DNA of 64,000 nt from Thermoprotei archaeon (GTDB lineage: Archaea; Thermoproteota; Thermoprotei; Gearchaeales; Gearchaeaceae): assembly GCA_017857595.1 (NCBI GenBank), contig JAFMCU010000001.1, forward strand, positions 10,497 to 74,496, read 5' to 3'. This document shows positions 57,207-64,000 of this stretch, piece by piece. Below the pieces are notes generated by a model. It saw nothing but the letters and a program-made list of their open reading frames with translations. It was not told where the DNA came from and searched no databases. Both the position numbers and the translations under genes were made by a program. The first letter of the stretch is position 1, and every line of letters begins with the position of its first letter.

Positions 57207-58464
57207 TTATAACTTTTTCAAGATATCTTATATTTGGCTTTATCAAAATAGGGTCTGGTAAACTATTGGCTATTGCTTCAGGTGTTTTGAGACCGTTTCC
57301 AGTAATATAGCATACTACTTTCTCATCTTTTTCTATTTTTCCTTGTTCAACGAGTTTCTTTAAGACAGCAATCGCCACACCACCTGCAGGTTCGCAATAA
57401 ATACCTTCAAATTTGGCCAATAGCTTTATCCCTTCTATTATTTCATCATCATTAGCATCTTCAGCGATACCTTTTTCCTTTAGTCTTCTAATAACATAAG
57501 TACCATCACCTGGATTTCCTATAGCTAAACTTAATGCTATGGTATTGGGTTTATCTATAATATCTACATAATCTTTATTCTTCTTAAATGCATCAACGAT
57601 GGGATTGCAACCTTGTGCTTGGGCAACTACAGGTTTGCTAGGCAATCTTTTTATTAAATCAATATTATAAAGTTGTTCAAAGCCTCTACATATAGCATTG
57701 AACATTGCACCGCTAGCGGTAGGAACAATGAATACATCCGGAGCTTGCCATCCAAGCTGTTCAGCAACTTCATAAGCAAGTGTTTTAGATCCCTCTACGT
57801 AGTATGGCCTTAAATTTATGTTTACAATACCTATATGATAAATATCAGCAGCTTGAGATGCAATCCTATTTGCATCGTCATATGTCCCCTCTACAGCTAT
57901 AATCCTAGCTCCATAAGACTGTACTTGAAAGATTTTAGCTTTTTCTGTGTTATAAGGTATAAATATTAAGCAAGGAAGATTTGCTCTTGCAGCATATGCA
58001 GCGGTTGCACTTGCAAGATTTCCTGTTGAAGCACAACCAACATATTTCATTCCGAATACAATTGCAGCTGTAACTCCTAAAGCAGCAGGCCTATCTTTAA
58101 ATGAATAAGTTGGATTTACGCAATCGTTTTTCAAATAAAGCTCCTTTAGTCCTAAATATTGAGCAAGCCTTATCGATTTTATTAGAGGAGTAAATCCTGC
58201 CTTAATACCTAATATAACTTCTGGCGGTTCGAATGGCAATAATTCCTTATATCTCCACAATGTACTTTCTCTAAACACAACAGTTTCTTTATTGAACCTA
58301 ATTTTTTCTTCGTTGTATAAAACATCAAGAGCTCCGAAACATTCATCGCATACATAATTGTTACCTATTTCAAAAAATTTACCGCAATCTCTGCACTTTA
58401 GACCTAAAACATTTTGATTGATAAGATTTGAGTTTGAGATATTCTTAGTTAAACCTTCATGCAT
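57199..58464 (-). CDS. threonine synthase-family PLP enzyme with N-terminal zinc ribbon
   Basis: 421 aa. CRDCGKFFEIGNNYVCDEC zinc ribbon, PTYSFKDRPA (PLP lysine), ASTGN and TGNGLKT. Confidence 0.85.
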   Translation of the reverse strand: MHEGLTKNISNSNLINQNVLGLKCRDCGKFFEIGNNYVCDECFGALDVLYNEEKIRFNKETVVFRESTLWRYKELLPFEPPEVILGIKAGFTPLIKSIRLAQYLGLKELYLKNDCVNPTYSFKDRPAALGVTAAIVFGMKYVGCASTGNLASATAAYAARANLPCLIFIPYNTEKAKIFQVQSYGARIIAVEGTYDDANRIASQAADIYHIGIVNINLRPYYVEGSKTLAYEVAEQLGWQAPDVFIVPTASGAMFNAICRGFEQLYNIDLIKRLPSKPVVAQAQGCNPIVDAFKKNKDYVDIIDKPNTIALSLAIGNPGDGTYVIRRLKEKGIAEDANDDEIIEGIKLLAKFEGIYCEPAGGVAIAVLKKLVEQGKIEKDEKVVCYITGNGLKTPEAIANSLPDPILIKPNIRYLEKVING

Positions 58465-58592
58465 GGTTTATTAAGAACAAAAGTTTGCTTAAATTCATTT
58501 GTAATTAAATATTAATTTAGTAATCAACTCTAAAACAATAAAATACCAAAAAAACTAACTCATATCTAAAAATCAACTTTCTTTATTTAAAT

Positions 58593-59492
58593 ATGGAAAA
58601 TTATAAAATAACAATGAGCCTGAATTTAGAAGGTATAATAACTCCTACCATAACTCCTATAAAAAATGGAGAGGTTGATAAGGAAGCTGTAAAAGCATTA
58701 ATTGAATATTTAGAATCCATTAAAGTTAATGGCATTTTTCCTTTAGGTAGCACAGGGTGTGCACCAATTATTTCATTAGCTGATTGCAAAAAGGTATTGG
58801 ATGCATTTTCTAAATATATAAATGGCATGCTTTTATTACCAGGAGTTGGTCGAAATAATTTATCTGAAACATTGGAATTAGCAAAGTATGCAAAAGATAT
58901 TGGTGCAGACGCAATAGTAATCGTTACACCATATTACATGAAAATGGATAACGAATCAATATACAAATACTACTATTCTATATTATCATCAATCGACAAG
59001 CCTATTATTGCTTACAATATTCCTCAGCTAACAGGTAATAATTTAAATTATGAAGTTTTGATGAAATTGCTGAATGATTTCTATAACTTAGTTGGTTTAA
59101 AGGATTCAAGTGGAAATTTATCCAATTTTCAAGATTATATAATAAATTTGCCAAAGAATTTTAAAATATTTCAAGGTCAAGATGAACTATTACTTTCTTC
59201 TTTAATTATAGGAGCTTCAGGTGGTATATGCGGAACAACAAACTTTTCAAACTTAGCAGTGGATGTTTATTTGAATTATAAGAGCGGAAATTTTAATAAA
59301 GCTAAAGAATTACAAGAAAAATTAAGTAGGATAAAAAATTATCTAAGTAAAAAGTCATTTCCACAATCATATAATGCATCATTTTATAAGCTAATTTTGA
59401 AGAAAAATTATACAGGTGCTTGTTTTCCTCTACGCGATTTAACTATTGCAGAAATAGATGAAATCTATGAGTTCATCAAACAAAATAATTGA
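58593..59492 (+). CDS. kdgA: DHDPS/NAL-family aldolase, probable 2-keto-3-deoxygluconate(-6-P) aldolase
   Basis: 299 aa. GSTG, YNIPQLTG and GLKDSSGN (Schiff-base Lys), similar in layout to Sulfolobus KDG aldolase. The genuine dapA is elsewhere in the window. ED-pathway neighbours support the call. Confidence 0.65.
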   Translation: MENYKITMSLNLEGIITPTITPIKNGEVDKEAVKALIEYLESIKVNGIFPLGSTGCAPIISLADCKKVLDAFSKYINGMLLLPGVGRNNLSETLELAKYAKDIGADAIVIVTPYYMKMDNESIYKYYYSILSSIDKPIIAYNIPQLTGNNLNYEVLMKLLNDFYNLVGLKDSSGNLSNFQDYIINLPKNFKIFQGQDELLLSSLIIGASGGICGTTNFSNLAVDVYLNYKSGNFNKAKELQEKLSRIKNYLSKKSFPQSYNASFYKLILKKNYTGACFPLRDLTIAEIDEIYEFIKQNN

Positions 59493-61287
59493 GTTTATAA
59501 ATAATAATATCTTGAAGGAATATCCTAAAATTGAAAACCATGGAGTCCTGTTCAACAATAGAACAGCAGCTTTAGTCTCAAATAATGGAGAAATAGATTG
59601 GGCATGCTTTCCCAACTTTGATTCGGATCCTGTTTTCTTTTCCATTCTAGATAGAAAAAAAGGTGGATTCTTTGCAATATTTCCATTATTGGATGATTTT
59701 ATATCATATCATAGATATGAAGAGGATACAAATGTATTAATAACAGAATTCTATAAAGGAAATAGCTTAATTCTTAGAATTCTGGACTTCTTACCAGCTT
59801 CTAAATATTCAAACATATATTATTCTGAAATTCATCGTTATGTGTATGCTCTCGAAGATTTGAAAATTGGAATAGCTTTTAGCCCTTTTGAAAGAAATAA
59901 GAATAAGAAAATAATTTTAGGAAAATTTGGTGGCTTAATTTTTTATAAAAAAAGTTGCATGGGTTTATCGACCGATATTAAGCTAAATGTATATAATGAT
60001 TGCTTATTAAGCATGCATCCTATGAAAATGGGTGAATCTCGTTGGTTCGTATCCTATTATGGTATTAAAAAATTGTATCCTTTGAATGCTTTCAAATCTA
60101 ATGAGAAATTAAGAGAAACAAGAAAATATTGGTTAGAATGGATAAGTAAATCAAAATATAGTGGTACTTATAATGAATTAGTTAATCGTTCCCTTTTGAC
60201 ATTAAAAGGATTGTTTTTTGAACCTACTAATTTTATGGTCGCTGCTCCTACATCATCACTTCCAGAAAGCTTAGGAGGAGATAGAAATTGGGATTATAGA
60301 TTTACATGGATAAGGGATACAGCATATGTCATAGACGTAATGTGCAAATTTGGATATCTTGATGAGGCAACTTCTTTTCTTTATGGAATAATAGATAAAA
60401 TAGAAAAAGAAAAAAAGGTAAGATCTGTTTATTCAGTAAGTGGTAAAAAGTTAATCAAAGAAAAAGTATTAGATCTTGAAGGTTACCTGAATTCAAAGCC
60501 AGTTAGATTTGGTAACGCAGCAAAGGATCAGCTTCAGATTGATCAATATGGAGCTTTAATACATGCAGTTTATATTTTTGTAAATAATGGCGGAGAAATC
60601 AACTTGCATATAGTTGAAAAGATTAAAGACGTGATAACGATGATCATGAAAATATGGAAAAAACCTGACCATTCTATCTGGGAAATTAGAGGAGAACCTC
60701 ATCATTATGTTTATTCTAAAGTTGTTGCTTGGAGTGCATTAAATGACATGAAAAAACTGATCGGTATTTTAGAATTGAATGATATCAATTTCATAAGAAA
60801 GATAGATTATGTGATGAATGAAATTAGAAACTCTATTGAAATAAACGGTGTTTCAAAAAGAGGAAATTATTATACACAGTACTATGGAAGTGAAAATGTA
60901 GATGCTTCATTACTTCGTTTGCCCCTTATAGATTATTGTAATATTTTTGAACAACGTTATTTAAACACTTTTAGAGAAATAGAAAAAAGGTTAATGAAGG
61001 AAGATTTCTTATTTTTGCGATATGATTCTGATGACGGCTTTAATAGTAAGGATAACGCATTTTTACTAATCACTTTTTGGTATATACAAAATCTAATTTT
61101 AATGAATAATATTAGAAGAGCTAAAGAAGGATTAATTAAAATAATTAAAATTATGAATTCAATTGGCTTGCTTCCTGAAGAAATTGAATTTAAAACATAT
61201 AGGTATTTGGGAAATTATCCTCAAGCATTGAGCCATTTATCCTTTCTTAGTACGATTCTATCTATTGAGCCTAACTCCATTTTATAA
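59458..61287 (+). CDS. GH15-family glycoside hydrolase (glucoamylase/trehalase-like)
   Basis: 609 aa. NWDYRFTWIRDTAY and QIDQYGAL are typical GH15 catalytic-domain motifs. Confidence 0.8.
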   Translation: MKSMSSSNKIIEFINNNILKEYPKIENHGVLFNNRTAALVSNNGEIDWACFPNFDSDPVFFSILDRKKGGFFAIFPLLDDFISYHRYEEDTNVLITEFYKGNSLILRILDFLPASKYSNIYYSEIHRYVYALEDLKIGIAFSPFERNKNKKIILGKFGGLIFYKKSCMGLSTDIKLNVYNDCLLSMHPMKMGESRWFVSYYGIKKLYPLNAFKSNEKLRETRKYWLEWISKSKYSGTYNELVNRSLLTLKGLFFEPTNFMVAAPTSSLPESLGGDRNWDYRFTWIRDTAYVIDVMCKFGYLDEATSFLYGIIDKIEKEKKVRSVYSVSGKKLIKEKVLDLEGYLNSKPVRFGNAAKDQLQIDQYGALIHAVYIFVNNGGEINLHIVEKIKDVITMIMKIWKKPDHSIWEIRGEPHHYVYSKVVAWSALNDMKKLIGILELNDINFIRKIDYVMNEIRNSIEINGVSKRGNYYTQYYGSENVDASLLRLPLIDYCNIFEQRYLNTFREIEKRLMKEDFLFLRYDSDDGFNSKDNAFLLITFWYIQNLILMNNIRRAKEGLIKIIKIMNSIGLLPEEIEFKTYRYLGNYPQALSHLSFLSTILSIEPNSIL

Positions 61288-62338
61288 TACTTTTTATTTC
61301 GTCCTTAGGTTTTTCTTTTAATATCCAAATATCTTCAGGCTTATAGATGCCCGTTATTAGATTCTTTATGTTTTGTTTAGGAGCATAATTTTCTAAATAG
61401 TTTGATGCTTGGATGTAATGTAATTTGCTTCCATCTTCACTGCCAGCTATTGATAGATTTTTATCTACAATTTTGGTTATAAATTCCCCTTTTTCTATGC
61501 TTCCAGATCCTTTAGTACCGAATAAAATTATAATACCATTGTTGTTAATGTGTTCTATAATTTGATTGAAGATTTCTGTAGTTCCAGCAGCATCTATTGC
61601 TACATCCATAGGGTAGTCCTTTAACTTTTTACTCCAATCATCAGAAGAAGAATTAAAGAATTCTATTCCATTAATATCTAAAAAATCTAATATATTTGTT
61701 GGCAAAGGATGTCTGTTAACAATAGTTGTTATCAATCCTAAGCTTTTAAAAACTAGCGAAATAAGTATTCCTTCAGGGCCTGTTCCAAAAATCCATGCAC
61801 CTTTACATGAATATGTTGAATCATCACATTCCCATGATACACGATTTTTCAAAAAATTGAATACCTCAACAATTTTCATGACGTTTTTAAGTGGCTCAAC
61901 TAAAACAGCATATTCTTGAATGCTTTTGTTTATTTTTACTAAATACTTTTCATCTTCATAAAAATATTCGCACATGAAGCCATTTTTACCCCTAATACCA
62001 GCTTCAATAAAGTTTCCATCTAAACAATAATCTTGTCTACCAATTTTACATAACTTGCAATTTCCAGGTCTTCTTACCATAGGAACAACAAGGTCACCTT
62101 CTTTAAAAATAGAGTTTTCTATACTTTCTTCAATAATTCCCAATGCTTCATGTCCTAAAATAAGATAATCTCCTTCTTCAGGCTTTACAAAATTGAGCTC
62201 ATTATATACTATTTCTCTATCTGTGCCGCAAATACCTGTTGAAATTGTTCTAACCTTAATTTTATTCTTTATCTGCTTTAATTCTATGTCCTTAATTTCT
62301 ACACCTACTTTTCCCGGCTTTACAGTTATAGCTTTCAT
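61271..62338 (-). CDS. zinc-dependent glucose 1-dehydrogenase (MDR superfamily, archaeal ED type)
   Basis: 355 aa. MKAITVKPG, GICGTDRE and GHEALG, with archaeal GDH-like architecture. Confidence 0.75.
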   Translation of the reverse strand: MKAITVKPGKVGVEIKDIELKQIKNKIKVRTISTGICGTDREIVYNELNFVKPEEGDYLILGHEALGIIEESIENSIFKEGDLVVPMVRRPGNCKLCKIGRQDYCLDGNFIEAGIRGKNGFMCEYFYEDEKYLVKINKSIQEYAVLVEPLKNVMKIVEVFNFLKNRVSWECDDSTYSCKGAWIFGTGPEGILISLVFKSLGLITTIVNRHPLPTNILDFLDINGIEFFNSSSDDWSKKLKDYPMDVAIDAAGTTEIFNQIIEHINNNGIIILFGTKGSGSIEKGEFITKIVDKNLSIAGSEDGSKLHYIQASNYLENYAPKQNIKNLITGIYKPEDIWILKEKPKDEIKSIIKWS

Positions 62339-62961
62339 GGCAATTCAAAAGCTATAACTCTAGCTGGAGAGCCATCACCTTCCTTTATTTTTAAAGGTAA
62401 TGTAAGCACAAATACAACTTTACCTACTAATTTCTTCAATTCAATTGAATTCAAATTTTCTATGATTAAGACGTTATTTCCAAGTAAAATTTTGTGAGCA
62501 GGAAAATCTTTATTGTTTGGCTCCTCGATAGATGGGGAATCTATTCCAATAAGATCTACGTTTTTCTTAACAATCATTTCCGCAGTTTCTTTAGTTATGT
62601 ACGAGTAATTTTTAAATGTTTTATATTTATTCCATTCTAAGTTACTTCCTGTATAAAAAAATATTTTTTTATTTGAAACGTTTTTTATCAACTCTGGCGT
62701 TATTTTATCATATTTGCTAGCATCAATTACACTGACAATTCCGGAATAAGAAAATACATCAACTTTATCTACACTCTTGCCATTTTCAATGAAATGCGAA
62801 GGTGAATCAACATGGGTTGATGTATGAGTGCCAATTATAATTTTTTTAACATTATATCCATCTTTGTTTATCGATTTTACCTGTTTTATTCTAGGTATAG
62901 GGTCGCCTTTAAAATGAACCATTCCATTTTCAATATCATATGTAAGGTCGAAGATGTTCAT
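62335..62961 (-). CDS. cyclase-family (kynurenine formamidase-like) metal-dependent hydrolase
   Basis: 208 aa. IGTHTSTHVDSPSHF (HxGTHxDxPxH-type motif), GIDSPSIE, PAHKILLG and GSPARVIA. Its stop overlaps the GDH start by 4 nt. Confidence 0.75.
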   Translation of the reverse strand: MNIFDLTYDIENGMVHFKGDPIPRIKQVKSINKDGYNVKKIIIGTHTSTHVDSPSHFIENGKSVDKVDVFSYSGIVSVIDASKYDKITPELIKNVSNKKIFFYTGSNLEWNKYKTFKNYSYITKETAEMIVKKNVDLIGIDSPSIEEPNNKDFPAHKILLGNNVLIIENLNSIELKKLVGKVVFVLTLPLKIKEGDGSPARVIAFELP

Positions 62962-62964
62962 AAT

Positions 62965-64000
62965 TTACTTGAATGTACCTTTTACAACCCATGCAGGTTC
63001 ATTTTCATCGAAATTTTCCATTCCTGTCATTTTATATTCTTCCAATATTTTTTCATTTACTTCTACCCCTAGACCTGGTAAATCTGATATGATATAATAT
63101 CCGTCTTCTATTCGATATCCTCTTTTAATCAACTCCAATTTCCATTGTGGCCATGAATTTTCAAAACTTTCTTGTATTAAAAAATTGCTAATGTTTGCAT
63201 CAAGTTGTATCGTTGCTGCTGTTTGTATAGGACCAAAAGCATTATGATAAGCAACACTAACACCAAATGCATCCGCTAATATTGCAGAATATTTGGCTTC
63301 TAAAATTCCTCCCACATTTGTAACATCAGGTTGTATGACATCCACCAAATCGTTCTTAAGATAATTTAAGAAAAGATTTTTATTCAAAACACGTTCTCCT
63401 AATGCGACTCTCGTATTGACATTTTTCCTAAATTTAATTAATGCCTCTGTTTGGTCAGGATGTACAGGTTCTTCCATAAATAGCGGATTGAATTTTTGTA
63501 GAGCTTTTCCTGCCTTTATTGCAGATATTGCATTAAATCTACCATGAAATTCAATCAAAAAATCCAATGATGTATTATCTCTAAGTGTCTCAACTATCTT
63601 TTCAGCATTTTTTAAATGAATTTCATCTATGTTATCAAATTGATTTCCAAAAGGGTCAAATTTTATTGCTTTATATCCTTTTCTTTCAAGCTCCTTAGCT
63701 CTTTCTAAAAAATCTTCAGGTTTTACGCAATTAGAATACCAACCATTTGCATATAATTTAATTTTGTCCCTTAATTTTCCACCTAAAAACACATAAATTG
63801 GCGCACTGTACATTTTCCCTACTATATCCCAAGAAGCTATTTCAAATGCACTTAAAGCAGAAGTTGATTCCATTGAGACAGTTAGATAAAATGAGTGCTT
63901 ATAAAACTCCTTTACGTTTTTTTCAATTTCTGTAACTTCTTTATTTTTAAAAATTCTTGCAACTTCTTTTAATTGCTCGTAGACAGGTAATGTCATTAAA
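62965..64000 (-). CDS. gluconate/galactonate dehydratase (enolase superfamily), 5' end outside the window
   Basis: EIASWDIVGK...IYVFLGGKLRDK...KFDPFG...MEEPV... matches archaeal gluconate dehydratase from about residue 55 onward. The frame stays open upstream of the ATG at 63996 to the window edge, so the N-terminus is missing. Confidence 0.8.
   Translation of the reverse strand, partial: LMTLPVYEQLKEVARIFKNKEVTEIEKNVKEFYKHSFYLTVSMESTSALSAFEIASWDIVGKMYSAPIYVFLGGKLRDKIKLYANGWYSNCVKPEDFLERAKELERKGYKAIKFDPFGNQFDNIDEIHLKNAEKIVETLRDNTSLDFLIEFHGRFNAISAIKAGKALQKFNPLFMEEPVHPDQTEALIKFRKNVNTRVALGERVLNKNLFLNYLKNDLVDVIQPDVTNVGGILEAKYSAILADAFGVSVAYHNAFGPIQTAATIQLDANISNFLIQESFENSWPQWKLELIKRGYRIEDGYYIISDLPGLGVEVNEKILEEYKMTGMENFDENEPAWVVKGTFK

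Noticed and set aside
58593-59492. Second dapA (dihydrodipicolinate synthase) annotation for this DHDPS-family gene
   Set aside because: A canonical dapA with GTTGES/IKEASG sits in the lysine operon (51720-52616). This paralogue lies beside GH15, GDH and gluconate dehydratase genes and resembles KDG aldolases, so that call is preferred.
62965-63996. Calling the gluconate dehydratase complete from the ATG at 63996
   Set aside because: Comparison with archaeal gluconate dehydratases, from memory of the Sulfolobus enzyme, indicates that about 55 N-terminal residues are missing. The frame remains open to the window edge, so I reported it as partial.
1-64000. CRISPR arrays, insertion sequences, integrases, prophage or defence islands
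   Set aside because: No regularly spaced direct repeats were seen. No transposase, integrase, Cas, restriction or toxin-antitoxin-like proteins are recognisable in the ORF set. The window looks like core metabolic chromosome.

Overview
Very AT-rich archaeal chromosomal segment (about 30% G+C by eye), tightly packed with about 63 protein genes, many with overlapping start and stop codons. I found no rRNA, tRNA, CRISPR array, transposase or integrase. The gene content points to a thermoacidophile-like Thermoproteota or Thermoplasmatota lineage, but the taxon cannot be fixed from sequence alone. The supporting genes are a two-subunit 2-oxoacid:ferredoxin oxidoreductase, a TIP49/RuvB-like ATPase, fused ThiD-ThiN, a TRASH-domain copper cluster and non-phosphorylative Entner-Doudoroff enzymes. 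Main blocks, left to right:
- DUF763, histidine ammonia-lyase and TIP49.
- A five-gene MoxR/DUF58 membrane module.
- MFS and ABC transporters, then a PhoU-type regulator.
- OFOR alpha and beta subunits.
- An MFS gene bracketed by two unusually long non-coding regions.
- AIM24 with a methyltransferase, LLM oxidoreductases, and a B12-radical SAM/AKR/MenA-like operon.
- Lhr helicase with a metallophosphoesterase.
- Thiolase with DUF35, then DtxR with a CDGSH protein.
- A deacetylase/amidohydrolase pair.
- CopA with a TRASH regulator.
- ThiW, a P-loop protein and ThiDN.
- A complete dapA-dapB-aminotransferase-dapF-lysA operon with a divergent Lrp regulator.
- A frameshifted secreted protein.
- A thrC-like/MoaD-like/E1-like/thrB operon.
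- A KDG-aldolase/GH15/glucose dehydrogenase/cyclase/gluconate dehydratase cluster.

Most interesting observations:
1. A threonine-synthase homologue is translationally coupled to a diglycine sulfur-carrier protein, its E1-like activator and homoserine kinase. This is a candidate thiocarboxylate-dependent route from O-phosphohomoserine to homocysteine.
2. The DapF homologue inside the lysine operon has serine at both catalytic cysteine positions.
3. Related GC-enriched non-coding segments lie in inverted orientation on either side of an MFS gene, and a separate hairpin motif recurs 18.7 kb away.
4. A secreted-protein gene is split exactly at a (TA)6 tract.
5. Invariant motifs deviate in CopA (DKTKT instead of DKTGT) and TIP49 (DDAH instead of DEVH).

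All functional calls come from motif recognition by eye. No database search was run.
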